IMG/VR virus record: IMGVR_UViG_3300044262_000078
Coordinates: 1-25,519 of that record
Strand: one strand, 5' to 3'
DNA: 25,519 nt
Source of the DNA: a virus
Lineage: Duplodnaviria; Caudoviricetes
Made by a program: the position numbers and the translations under genes
In this document: piece by piece, positions 7,852 to 16,333 of the stretch
Position numbering within the stretch: position 1 is the first letter of the stretch
Layout: each line of letters begins with the position of its first letter
Notes under the pieces: model-generated
What the model was told of the DNA's origin: nothing
The model's database searches: none
What the model saw: the letters and a program-made list of their open reading frames with translations, nothing else

Positions 7852-9801
7852 CTATGTTTTCCAGCGATGCACAAACCCGTTCTTCTTCACCCCACCACTA
7901 ATCTGCCGCCGCCCCTTATTCACCGGCTCCGTGGCCGGCGGCGTCGGTTTCGCCTCCGCCGCCACCGGCTGCCCATCCGCCGGCTCCAGCACCGCCGCTA
8001 ACCGCTCCCAGTAATGCGGATCCACCCGCCCGTTGCGGGTGCGGCCGAGGGCCACGAGCTTGTGGTGGCCGATGGCCCAGCCGTACACCAGGGTATCGAG
8101 AGGTTCGTTGCGTTTGTGCTTGGCGCCTTTTTTCTGGAGGTAGCGCTTTTTCACCGGGTCGTAGTATTCCGACAGCAGGCCGTTGAAGTAGTCGTCATCC
8201 AACCCCGCCGGGAAACGCAGCACGCGGTCTTCGGGCGGGTGCTGTTCGTCACTCACCAGGCGCTTGAGCAGGTAGTCTTTGCAGTATTCGGTGCCGACGT
8301 TCCACACGCCGTAGCCGTGGCGCAGGGGTTTGCCTTTGTAGTTGCGATCGGGGTGGCTGGGGTTGAGTGCGATGGGGCGGCCGAGGCGCAGCGTGCTGCC
8401 CTGCACGGCGTAGGTGGGTACCTTGAGCGTGGCGCGGGCCACGAACTGCCGCACCTGCTCGCCGCGGTGGCCGCGGCTGTCGATGCCGGCGGCGCGGATG
8501 CGCATCGGCTTGCCGAAGGCGTTGGTGAATTGGGTGTGCAGGTAGGCCTCGAGGTCGTTCCACACTTCGATGCGGGTAGTGTCGCCCTTGATCTCGTGGT
8601 ATTCGATGATCCACAGGTGGTTCGCGCCCCAGCCGAGCAGCTGCACGGCAAGCCAGCTGTCCTGCGTGTCGATGCCCACCGTGAGTGCCAGGCAGCCGAC
8701 CGGGATGGTGCGCTGGGCGATGTCCTCCATGCGCTTGGCGAGCTCGTGCGGCTTGATGTTGCTGGTTTCGTCGCGCCAGGTTTCGCCGAGGTGGGTGTTC
8801 ATGAACGTCTTGAGCGTGCCGGGGTCTTCCTTGGCCACCATGAATTCCTGCGCGAGATCGAGCCACGAGGGGCCGAGGCCGATGGGCGCATAGAGCGCGC
8901 TGATGTGGTAGCCGCGGCGCTTCACCTCCGGGCGGGCGGCCACCCACTTGCCGGCGGCCAGCATGGCCGGCTTGTAGTGCTCGCTGATCTCGTGCCCGCA
9001 GTGCTCGCACTCGTACCACACCGCGCTCACCGTGCCGTTCCACTTGAGGTTCGACCACTTGAGCGACTGCTGGCCCTGGCAGGCCGGGCAGGCGACATGG
9101 TAGCTGCGCTGGTCGCTGGCCTCGTATTCGCGCTCGATGAGGCTCACGCCCTTGACCGTGGGGGTGGAGATCAGCAGCAGCTTGCTGCGCTCGAAGGCCT
9201 TGAGGCGGCCGCGGGCGAGCGCCACCGGGTCGCCCTCGTCGCCCACCTCGTCGGGGAAGCGGTCCAGATCGTCCATCACCAGGTAGCGCACCGACTTCTG
9301 CGCGTAGCTGTTGGGGGAGTTGCCGCCGGCGAGGAACAGGATGCCGCCGGGGAAGTCGATCATGTCTTGCCGGTTGGCGGCATCGCGCGAGCGCACCCCG
9401 CCGAGGATGCTGCGCACCGCCTCGGTTTCGGTGAGCAGGGGGTTGAGCTTCTGCGCCTTCCACGAATCGCGGCTGTCGAGCGTGGGCATGAGCACCATGG
9501 TGGGAGCCGGGGCGTGCTCGATGATGTAGCCGAGCCAGTTCACCGTGGCCTCGGTGATGCCGACCTGTGAGGACTTCATGATCACGATCTCGCGCACGCG
9601 CGAGTAGGCCGACAGCGAATCCATGATCTCGGCCAGGATGGGGTTACGGCTGGTGCGCCACTTGCCGCGCTCGCCGCTTTGCTTGCTGGATAGCCAGCGA
9701 TGGCGATCGGCCCAGGTGGACACCGTGAGCCGGTCGCGCGGGCGACAGGAGCGCGCGAGGGTGGCGTAGCAGTGGATGGTGTCTTGGGTGAGGGTGTTCA
9801 T
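7852..9801 (-). CDS. Terminase large subunit, lambda GpA family (649 aa)
   Basis: ATG 9801 overlapping small-subunit stop; MKSSQVGITE Walker A, LVMDDLD Walker B, ISTPT, CPAC..CEHC zinc finger, GIDTQD nuclease, RNEPLDTLVY. Confidence 0.95.
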   Translation of the reverse strand: MNTLTQDTIHCYATLARSCRPRDRLTVSTWADRHRWLSSKQSGERGKWRTSRNPILAEIMDSLSAYSRVREIVIMKSSQVGITEATVNWLGYIIEHAPAPTMVLMPTLDSRDSWKAQKLNPLLTETEAVRSILGGVRSRDAANRQDMIDFPGGILFLAGGNSPNSYAQKSVRYLVMDDLDRFPDEVGDEGDPVALARGRLKAFERSKLLLISTPTVKGVSLIEREYEASDQRSYHVACPACQGQQSLKWSNLKWNGTVSAVWYECEHCGHEISEHYKPAMLAAGKWVAARPEVKRRGYHISALYAPIGLGPSWLDLAQEFMVAKEDPGTLKTFMNTHLGETWRDETSNIKPHELAKRMEDIAQRTIPVGCLALTVGIDTQDSWLAVQLLGWGANHLWIIEYHEIKGDTTRIEVWNDLEAYLHTQFTNAFGKPMRIRAAGIDSRGHRGEQVRQFVARATLKVPTYAVQGSTLRLGRPIALNPSHPDRNYKGKPLRHGYGVWNVGTEYCKDYLLKRLVSDEQHPPEDRVLRFPAGLDDDYFNGLLSEYYDPVKKRYLQKKGAKHKRNEPLDTLVYGWAIGHHKLVALGRTRNGRVDPHYWERLAAVLEPADGQPVAAEAKPTPPATEPVNKGRRQISGGVKKNGFVHRWKT

Positions 9802-10367
9802 TGCCCCATCCCCTCGATCCGCCGCTTCATCGTCTCCGCCATTTCCCGCTGCAGTTCCTCCGCCGCCTCGGCGATCGCGGTGTGGGTTTCTTCCAGCGTG
9901 GTGAGCGGGAAGACTTGCGGGGCGAGGCGGTCGGCCAGGTTCTCGAGCAGGCCGCGCCACACGGCGCCGAAATCGTTGAGCACGAAATCCACATCTTCCC
10001 GGGCGACCTGGTCGCCCTTCATCCGGGCGAGTTCGATCTCGCGCATCTTTGCCCGGGCGGCAGCATCGCGCTGTTCCCAGTAGGCGCGGGAGCCGGCATG
10101 GGCCGGGTCGTCGCCGTCCGGTGGCGGCGCGGCCGGCGCCTCGGGGGCATCGGGCGCCTTGTTGCGCTGTTCTTCCCAGTGGCGCTTGGCGGCGCGGTTC
10201 TGCGGGGCGCCGGGCTCGGTGGCCTTGATGCGCGCCCGGGAGGCCTCCACGTCCACCCTCTTGCCGCCGGGCGCGAACACCAGCCGCCCACGCTGCTTGA
10301 GCTTGGTGACGTAGCTCGGCCGAACGCCGAGCAGGGTGGCGAATTCGGTGAGCGTCACCGAGGCCAT
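9798..10367 (-). CDS. Terminase small subunit (Nu1-like)
   Basis: N-terminal HTH (EFATLLGVRPSYVTKLK), helical C-terminus, immediately upstream of and coupled to TerL. Confidence 0.8.
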   Translation of the reverse strand: MASVTLTEFATLLGVRPSYVTKLKQRGRLVFAPGGKRVDVEASRARIKATEPGAPQNRAAKRHWEEQRNKAPDAPEAPAAPPPDGDDPAHAGSRAYWEQRDAAARAKMREIELARMKGDQVAREDVDFVLNDFGAVWRGLLENLADRLAPQVFPLTTLEETHTAIAEAAEELQREMAETMKRRIEGMGQ

Positions 10368-10370
10368 GGC

Positions 10371-10628
10371 CTAGCGCCTCCACCGCTTGGCGATGCGTGG
10401 GTGCGCGTACATGGCGGCCACGATGCCGGCCGGCCCGCCGGCGAGGGTGGCGGCGATCTCCGTCCACTCCGCCATGGGGGCGATGCGCCACAGGAAGATT
10501 TGCGAGGCCCCGATGGCGGTGCTGGTGAACACCGCCGCGATGTAGTGCCGGCCGGTGACGTTCTGCTGCTGGAAGCCGAGCGCGAACACGGTGATGAACG
10601 CGGCGGCGAACAGGCTGATCTCGGTCAT
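10371..10628 (-). CDS. Small membrane protein
   Basis: 85 aa with about three hydrophobic segments, ATGA overlap with upstream ORF. Confidence 0.7.
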   Translation of the reverse strand: MTEISLFAAAFITVFALGFQQQNVTGRHYIAAVFTSTAIGASQIFLWRIAPMAEWTEIAATLAGGPAGIVAAMYAHPRIAKRWRR

Positions 10629-10894
10629 CCGCGCCCCCCTCGCTGCCGCTTGGCGGCCTCCGCGCGGCTGGTGGGCGGCATCTGCTCGGCCGGCACGCAG
10701 GTGAACTGGCTGCCGTCCGGGAAGGTGATGGTCTTGAACCCGGCTGGATCACACCGCGCCTCCGCCAGCATGGCCTGGGTAATTTCCACGCGGGCGTTGA
10801 GGGCGGTGCCATACCACGCCGCGGCGGTGCAGAGCGCGCCGAGAATCAGGCCGAAGGCGGCGGATTTGGGGCAGAATGTGGCGGTTATTGGCAT
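10625..10894 (-). CDS. Hypothetical membrane-anchored protein (89 aa)
   Basis: GAGGA RBS before ATG 10894; one hydrophobic segment. Confidence 0.6.
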   Translation of the reverse strand: MPITATFCPKSAAFGLILGALCTAAAWYGTALNARVEITQAMLAEARCDPAGFKTITFPDGSQFTCVPAEQMPPTSRAEAAKRQRGGRG

Positions 10895-10928
10895 AATTTC
10901 CTCACGTGTTAACCGTTTATAATTACCT

Positions 10929-11153
10929 TTCACGTTTGCTTCACATCTTAACTATATGAATTTAAATTAATGTTAAGGGTGTGAAACGTGTGAATGGTGG
11001 CGCGCGTATAGAGAGAAAATTTCTACTTTCTGAAATAGCTTTTTTCTCTCTATACGCGCGTGCGCGTTAGCCCTTCACACTCTTAACAATACTTACCAAT
11101 CAATAACTTAAACCTTCACAAAGGGTTCACAACCCATTCACAACCCCTTCACA
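10929..11153. other. Probable replication origin (P4 ori-like): AT-rich, TTCACA iterons and nested inverted repeats
   Basis: Multiple TTCACA/TGTGAA hexamers in both orientations; perfect 19-bp inverted repeat 11001-11019/11042-11060; directly downstream of the primase-helicase. Confidence 0.75.
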
Positions 11154-13541
11154 TCATCCGTTGGTGTTGTCGTGTTCGGCCCTCCATTCCTGCACGCCGT
11201 CGGTAAACTCCTGCACACAGGCGCTGAGCCAGGCCGCCTGGTTCTGGTCCGGGGGTTGTTCGTGGCCAGCCGGCACGATGAATGTGGATTGCCGGGTGCC
11301 GCTGCCGTTGACGTAGCGGCCGATCATCCGGCGCGCGCCGGTGCGTTTGTTGATCTCGGCCAGGAACCGCGGCTCGGGGGCGTAGCGCGGGTAACCGCAG
11401 CGCCCGCTCCACTCGCGGTAGAAGGCGTAAAGCTGGGTGCTCTTGACCGGCACGAACGGCACGGGGTCGATGCTGCCGCCGCTCCACTCGATCCAGAACC
11501 GTTCGGTGGAGTCCATGCTGAGCTCGATGAGGTCGCGCTTGGCGGAGGTCATCGGGGGCTGGGTGTGCGGGCCGAAATCGCCCAGGTCGAGGTTGAGCAG
11601 GTAGTGGTAGAGGGCGGCCACGCTGCCGGCCTTCACTTCGGCCTCGACATCCTTGTAGAACGCATCGCTCAATTTCGGCGGGGTCCAGACGACCACGAAC
11701 CGGCCGTCGTCGCGTTCGAGTACGAGCGGCATGGTTTCGTTCGACAGGAAGATGAGGTTGCAGTGGTTGGCTTCCCAGTAGCTGCCGACGAACTTCGGGT
11801 TGATGCGGACTTTGGTGCCGGTGATCATGCCCTTGAGCTTGTTCTTGACGTGGAACATTTCCTGCCGCGCCACCACTTCGTCGGCCACCAGAAACAGCTT
11901 CTTGCTGAAACAGTCGTTGTACTTGTCCTCGAGCGCGTCCTGGTCGATCACCTGGCCGTAACGCCCGAAGATGCTCATGTACGACTCGAAAAAGAAATTC
12001 TTGCCGACGCGCTGCGGGCCGTGCACCAGGAGCGCCGTTTTCATCTTGGCCCCCGGGTTCTGGAGCGGGTAGGCCATCCACTTGAGTATCCAGTGGTAGA
12101 GGTCGCGGTGGTTCTGCTCGTTCGAGCAGATGTACTCGAGGATGGACAGCATCTGCTCACAGGAGCCCTGCCTCGGCTCGACCGGCCAGCCGTTGAACAT
12201 GTTGCAGGTGATCTCCGGATCGGAACCGGCGGGGTCGAACCCGACGTTCTCGATTCGCACAATTTTTTTTTCCTCGCTCTCCATCCAGCTGCGCCAGATT
12301 TCCCGGCCGCTGCAGGCGAGCTTCATGTCATCGACCGACACCAGCATCCGTTCCTGATAATCGAACAGCGCCTTGTTGTGGCCGTAGATGATGGCGAACC
12401 GGTCGAAAAGCTCCTGCGTCGAATTGATTGGGCTCAGGGGATTTCCCCTCCCCCCTTTTTTTGCGGACAGGCGCGGCAACTCCGTATCGCGCCATCCCAT
12501 CTCATCGAGCTTGCCATCGATCTGGCTCCGAACCGTATGCAGGCCTTCAGCCTGCTGCAGGTCGTTGAAGTCGGTGAGCTTGCGCGTGCCGCGATCGGCG
12601 AACGCGGGCAACGTGTGCGCCCCCCCGACCGCGAGCGCCGCGGCCTCGGCGTATTCCAGCCCGGCGTTCTTGAGGCGGCTGGTGTCGGCGCCGCAGTGGG
12701 TGCAGAGGGGATCGGCCGAGGGCGTGAGCTTCTGGCATCCGGGGCACTTGCCGAGCCAGTCGTCGTCGGCGCACACCAGCAGCCGCGCCCGCGGGTAGCG
12801 TTCGTGGATGGCGGCCGCGACCGGCGGCAGATTGCCGGCGTCGAAGGCCACCACCACGGCGTGGCCGGTGGCCTCGTGCAGGCTGGCGGCGGTGGCGTAG
12901 CCCTCAGCCAAGAGGATCACCGAGCCGGGGCGGCCGATCAGATGGTAGTGGCCGCGCTTGGTGAGGCCGTCAGGCCAGAATTCCTTGTTGCGGTTCTTGC
13001 GCCGCCGGCGCACCTCCGGGCCGATGAACTGCAGTCCGTGCACGTTGCCGATGTTGTCGCACATCGGGATCACCAGCGTGCCCGTCTGAGTGAAACGCAC
13101 GTCAAAGGCCTGCACGCGCTTTTCGGCCAGGTACTCCGATTCGCCGCTCGGCAGGCACTTCATCCACACCGCCCGGGCGCGTGCGGCGGCGCGCTCGCCT
13201 TCCTTTTTGCGGGCGGCCTCGGCGCGCTTGCGGTCTTCGCGGATCCGTGCGCGGATCGCGTCCTTCTGCTCGGCCGACAGCGGGATGGATTTGAGTTCGA
13301 TCTGCTGCTTGTTATTCTCGGCCCCGCGCCAGACCCCGAAGGCGCCGACGATCGCCAGGTCACCGCCCTTGAGGCGCACCTCGTGCAGCGCGTACCAACC
13401 GCGCTTCTCCGAATCCCCATCGACCCAGCACCGCCGCAGACGCCCGATCTCGAGCGAGTCCGTGCCGCGCCGGCCATGCACCAGGAGCCCGGCGGCCGCG
13501 AGCTGGTCGAGCACGTCGTCGTAGTTGATCGCCGTGCTCAT
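11154..13541 (-). CDS. P4 alpha-like primase-helicase (TOPRIM + SF3/D5-type helicase)
   Basis: AEGYATAASL, VAFDAGNL, CADDD, TDFNDL TOPRIM motifs; GPQRVGKN Walker A, FLVADE Walker B, IFLSN motif C. Confidence 0.92.
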   Translation of the reverse strand: MSTAINYDDVLDQLAAAGLLVHGRRGTDSLEIGRLRRCWVDGDSEKRGWYALHEVRLKGGDLAIVGAFGVWRGAENNKQQIELKSIPLSAEQKDAIRARIREDRKRAEAARKKEGERAAARARAVWMKCLPSGESEYLAEKRVQAFDVRFTQTGTLVIPMCDNIGNVHGLQFIGPEVRRRRKNRNKEFWPDGLTKRGHYHLIGRPGSVILLAEGYATAASLHEATGHAVVVAFDAGNLPPVAAAIHERYPRARLLVCADDDWLGKCPGCQKLTPSADPLCTHCGADTSRLKNAGLEYAEAAALAVGGAHTLPAFADRGTRKLTDFNDLQQAEGLHTVRSQIDGKLDEMGWRDTELPRLSAKKGGRGNPLSPINSTQELFDRFAIIYGHNKALFDYQERMLVSVDDMKLACSGREIWRSWMESEEKKIVRIENVGFDPAGSDPEITCNMFNGWPVEPRQGSCEQMLSILEYICSNEQNHRDLYHWILKWMAYPLQNPGAKMKTALLVHGPQRVGKNFFFESYMSIFGRYGQVIDQDALEDKYNDCFSKKLFLVADEVVARQEMFHVKNKLKGMITGTKVRINPKFVGSYWEANHCNLIFLSNETMPLVLERDDGRFVVVWTPPKLSDAFYKDVEAEVKAGSVAALYHYLLNLDLGDFGPHTQPPMTSAKRDLIELSMDSTERFWIEWSGGSIDPVPFVPVKSTQLYAFYREWSGRCGYPRYAPEPRFLAEINKRTGARRMIGRYVNGSGTRQSTFIVPAGHEQPPDQNQAAWLSACVQEFTDGVQEWRAEHDNTNG

Positions 13542-13756
13542 GCCAACACCCGCTCAGACTTCACTCTGATCCGCAACCAAACCCTAGCGATTCCGTGCGC
13601 TGCTGCGTACCCGCACGGAAGAAACGGGGGAAGGACCCGCGTTCTCGGTTGCGGTGTTGATCGATCGATCAGTGGTGAAAAAAAAACATGCGAGGCACGA
13701 GCGCGCTTTTTGTTATAGGGGGCGCGGGGTATTGGGGTTGGTGCAGTGGGTAGCAT
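13538..13756 (-). CDS. Possible small hypothetical protein
   Basis: ATG start, fills the gap and overlaps primase start by ATGA; composition atypical. Confidence 0.35.
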   Translation of the reverse strand: MLPTAPTPIPRAPYNKKRARASHVFFSPLIDRSTPQPRTRVLPPFLPCGYAAAHGIARVWLRIRVKSERVLA

Positions 13757-13762
13757 GGGAGA

Positions 13763-14116
13763 CTACCGACGCGCTGATTCAATAAGGGATTGAATCGTGG
13801 GAATCAGGCGTTCCAGGTCGTCGATGGCCCGCTTGCGCTTGGCGTCGGGGTCCTCGAGGAATGACTCCATGAGCCAGTACACCGGGCGCTTGTCGCCCGT
13901 GGCATGGATGATCTTTGGCACCAAGTAGGCGGGCAGGTGCCGCAGGTCGTCGGGATTGCGGTTGAGCATTCGAGATAACTGCGAGGGCGACAGATCGCAC
14001 TCCCCCGCCACACCGGAAAGGCCCGCACGGCTGCCATAAACCACGGCTGCCATGAGGTCGATGAACTCTGGGAATTGCCTGGTAAGACCAGGCTGAAAAT
14101 CGAACTCAGCCTGCAT
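13763..14116 (-). CDS. CII-like phage regulatory protein (start uncertain)
   Basis: HTH VAGECDLSPSQLSRMLNRNPDD; position right after cro. Confidence 0.65.
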   Translation of the reverse strand: MQAEFDFQPGLTRQFPEFIDLMAAVVYGSRAGLSGVAGECDLSPSQLSRMLNRNPDDLRHLPAYLVPKIIHATGDKRPVYWLMESFLEDPDAKRKRAIDDLERLIPTIQSLIESARR

Positions 14117-14269
14117 GGGAAACAACCGGAAACACTTGTTGCCGGTACTTTCCTGTGCCGCCCTCGTGCCAGCCTGTACTGTTGGAAAAAATAGGCCTCC
14201 CATAACGGGAGGCCGCAATTACCACCCCAGCAGGGAGTGAGCACGAGGTGGTTACATCGCAGGAGAAAA

Positions 14270-14479
14270 TCATGCAGCAGCCTCATTTTCGGGGCCGTAA
14301 ATGTCGGGGCGCAGGCGGTGGCGCGAGATCCCGGTAATGCGCTCGACGTCGAGCACGCGCTTGTAGGGAACGCGCTGCCATTGATGAACAGCAGCGGTCG
14401 CGATGCCGAGCTGGCGCGCCAGCTTGGCGCCGCTTCCTGCGGCAGCGAGGACTTCCTTAATCTGGATTTCGGTCGACAT
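14270..14479 (-). CDS. cro: Cro-like transcriptional regulator (YdaS type)
   Basis: GSGAKLARQLGIATAAVHQWQRVP...LRPDIY; divergent from repressor. Confidence 0.88.
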   Translation of the reverse strand: MSTEIQIKEVLAAAGSGAKLARQLGIATAAVHQWQRVPYKRVLDVERITGISRHRLRPDIYGPENEAAA

Positions 14480-14486
14480 GGAACAG

Positions 14487-14555
14487 AGATTAAGCCTGAC
14501 TTCACAAACCTGTCAAGCCCCACTTGTCCCACTGCGGATAAGTAATGCTTACAGT
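14487..14555. promoter_or_regulatory. OR-like switch: cro promoter and three operators
   Basis: Minus-strand TTGACA-18-TAATCT (14516-14487); YAAG-N5-CTTV sites at 14491-14503, 14514-14526, 14539-14551; plus-strand -10-like TACAGT 14550-14555. Confidence 0.75.
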
Positions 14556-14561
14556 GCCACG

Positions 14562-14963
14562 ATGAAGGACATATTCGCCGAGCGCTTCAGAGCGGCAAGA
14601 AAGAGTGCGGGATTAACACTCGATGACATCGCCGAGGTTTGCCACAACCGCGCAGGTGAAGCACCCAGCCGCGCCGCAATCGCGCAATGGGAAAAACAAA
14701 ACGGAACGCGCCCGAGCTTTGAAAACCTGATCGCCGCCGCGCGCCGCCTCGGCGTGTCGATCGATTACCTCACGGGGCTCACGAACTCGCCACCGCCGTA
14801 TGGGGGCTTGCATGCCAGCGAAGAGGTCATGCATTATCGTGCGCTCAGCCAGGAGGCGATACGGCTGGCAGAGCAGTGGGACCGCCTGCCGCCATCTGCT
14901 CAGCGCGCCCTGCAGGACCTGCTGGCCAGCATGAAAGCCATGGGCGCACCCAAGCGAAAATAG
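14562..14963 (+). CDS. cI: CI-like XRE-family repressor without S24 peptidase domain (133 aa)
   Basis: FAERFRAARKSAGLTLDDIAE...SRAAIAQWE...LGVSIDYL; divergent from cro. Confidence 0.85.
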   Translation: MKDIFAERFRAARKSAGLTLDDIAEVCHNRAGEAPSRAAIAQWEKQNGTRPSFENLIAAARRLGVSIDYLTGLTNSPPPYGGLHASEEVMHYRALSQEAIRLAEQWDRLPPSAQRALQDLLASMKAMGAPKRK

Positions 14964-14975
14964 TCAGGAGGTGCC

Positions 14976-15167
14976 ATGTATTACTTCTACGCCATCCTCG
15001 CCTTGCTGGCCTTCATGTTCGGTGGCCTAAAGTTACTGCAGATCGGGCTGACAACCGACACGCTGCTGGTTTTCGTGATCGCCGCCGTGCTCGTGGTGGC
15101 GGCTGAAATCACTACCATCGCTGATTCAATCGCGAAGCCCAGCAAGCAACAAAAACCAACCGTTTAA
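14976..15167 (+). CDS. Small two-TM protein co-transcribed with cI (superinfection-exclusion position)
   Basis: AGGAGG RBS; two hydrophobic helices; followed by terminator. Confidence 0.7.
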   Translation: MYYFYAILALLAFMFGGLKLLQIGLTTDTLLVFVIAAVLVVAAEITTIADSIAKPSKQQKPTV

Positions 15168-15180
15168 CAAGGAAAACAGT

Positions 15181-15209
15181 AAAAAACCCGCCATCGGCGG
15201 GCTTTTTTT
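15181..15209 (+). terminator. Intrinsic (likely bidirectional) terminator of the cI operon
   Basis: A6-CCCGCC-ATC-GGCGGG-C-T7. Confidence 0.85.
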
Positions 15210-15220
15210 CGTCCCGATGT

Positions 15221-15260
15221 TAAGGCGCGCTTGACAGTTAGGCTAAGTCATGCTTAATCT
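15221..15260 (+). promoter_or_regulatory. pL/OL-like early promoter with two operators
   Basis: TTGACA-18-TAATCT (15231-15260); TAAG-N5-CTTR at 15221-15233 and 15244-15256. Confidence 0.78.
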
Positions 15261-15294
15261 ATTCCCAAGAACACCAGACCTACGGGACCAGCCC

Positions 15295-15600
15295 ATGGCC
15301 ATGCGCCTCAACATCACCGGCAAGAAGTTCGGCAACGTCACGGCCATCCAGCCGACGGCCGACCGCTACCTCGACGGCTCGGTGATCTGGCGGTGCCGCT
15401 GCAGCTGCGGCAGGACGTTCAACGCCGCCAGCACACTGCTGCGCCAGGGTGGCATCACCCATTGCGGTTGTCTCGGCCACCAGCACCGTGGCCCTGTCTA
15501 CCAGCGCAACCGTCGCACGGTCGCCGCGCGCCAATCTAGCGCGGAAAACTTCATCCAGCATTTTCTCTGCACCTACCCGGCACGTGAGGTGGACGCATGA
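15295..15600 (+). CDS. Cys-rich protein resembling the N-terminal domain of AP2/HNH homing-endonuclease-like proteins
   Basis: ITGKKFG..T, WRCRCSCG, LRQGGITHCGCL pattern; no nuclease or AP2 domain follows. Confidence 0.65.
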   Translation: MAMRLNITGKKFGNVTAIQPTADRYLDGSVIWRCRCSCGRTFNAASTLLRQGGITHCGCLGHQHRGPVYQRNRRTVAARQSSAENFIQHFLCTYPAREVDA

Positions 15601-15890
15601 TTGCTTCCGCTCCCACCGGGCACATCGCGGTTGCCGAAGCGCATGCGCGTGCATGCTTCGACGCGCTCGAGCGCCACTGCGCGGGCCATCAACTGCCGCG
15701 CTGTGGCTGCTATCGCCAGCCGGAACAGGCCCACATGGTGATCTCCGACAGCTGCGACATCGGCCAGGTGCTGCGCGAGGAATACGAGATCGCTAGCCGG
15801 CGCGTGCGGGAGTTGCGTGAGGCCTCGCGTGTATACGCGCTCGATCAACCTACCAGCGAATGTCCACCCAAAACACGGAGCAATTCATGA
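15597..15890 (+). CDS. Hypothetical protein
   Basis: GAGGTGG RBS; ATGA overlaps both ends. Confidence 0.7.
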   Translation: MIASAPTGHIAVAEAHARACFDALERHCAGHQLPRCGCYRQPEQAHMVISDSCDIGQVLREEYEIASRRVRELREASRVYALDQPTSECPPKTRSNS

Positions 15891-16333
15891 CCACTGCGAC
15901 TGACACCCACACCCAGGCCGTCCCCTTTGCGGACCTCAAGCTATCCGATTTGCCGAGCATCGGTGCGCCGATGGACGGCCAAGGCGGGATCTTCGCTGGC
16001 CTCGTGCGTGGCGAGAATGACGCGCCTGACTATCTGCTGATCCTCGGGCCCGAATACGACGGTGAACTCTCCTGGCAGCAGGCCATGGACTGGGCTGCGG
16101 GCCTTCAGGTTTCCGGCTACCAGGAGTTCTCGCTACCGAATCGGTCCGAACATGCTGTGTTGTTCGGCAATCTCCGCGATCAGTTCCAGCGCGAATGGTA
16201 TTGGTCGAGCACGCAGCGCGCCGAGGGCGCCGACTTTGCCTGGAGCCAGTACTTCGGCTACGGCTACCAGCTCTGCATCCGCAAGTTCAGCGAGTTCCGC
16301 GCGCGTGCCGTCCGCAGATTAGTCATTCGGTAA
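15887..16333 (+). CDS. DUF1566 (Lcl C-terminal, CLec-like fold) protein, 148 aa
   Basis: SWQQAMDWA, LPNRSE, WYWSST, AW...F..G, RARAVRR motifs; GGAG RBS. Confidence 0.85.
   Translation: MTTATDTHTQAVPFADLKLSDLPSIGAPMDGQGGIFAGLVRGENDAPDYLLILGPEYDGELSWQQAMDWAAGLQVSGYQEFSLPNRSEHAVLFGNLRDQFQREWYWSSTQRAEGADFAWSQYFGYGYQLCIRKFSEFRARAVRRLVIR

Noticed and set aside
9802-10812. 337-aa N-terminal extension of terL in the ORF track
   Set aside because: Arg/Pro-rich alternative frame over terS and two membrane genes; real start is ATG 9801 with ATGA coupling
88-13718. Long plus-strand ORFs (88..1518, 2026..4122, 8014..9570, 9801..10922, 11172..13718)
   Set aside because: Antisense shadows of well-supported minus-strand genes in high-GC DNA; no motifs or RBS
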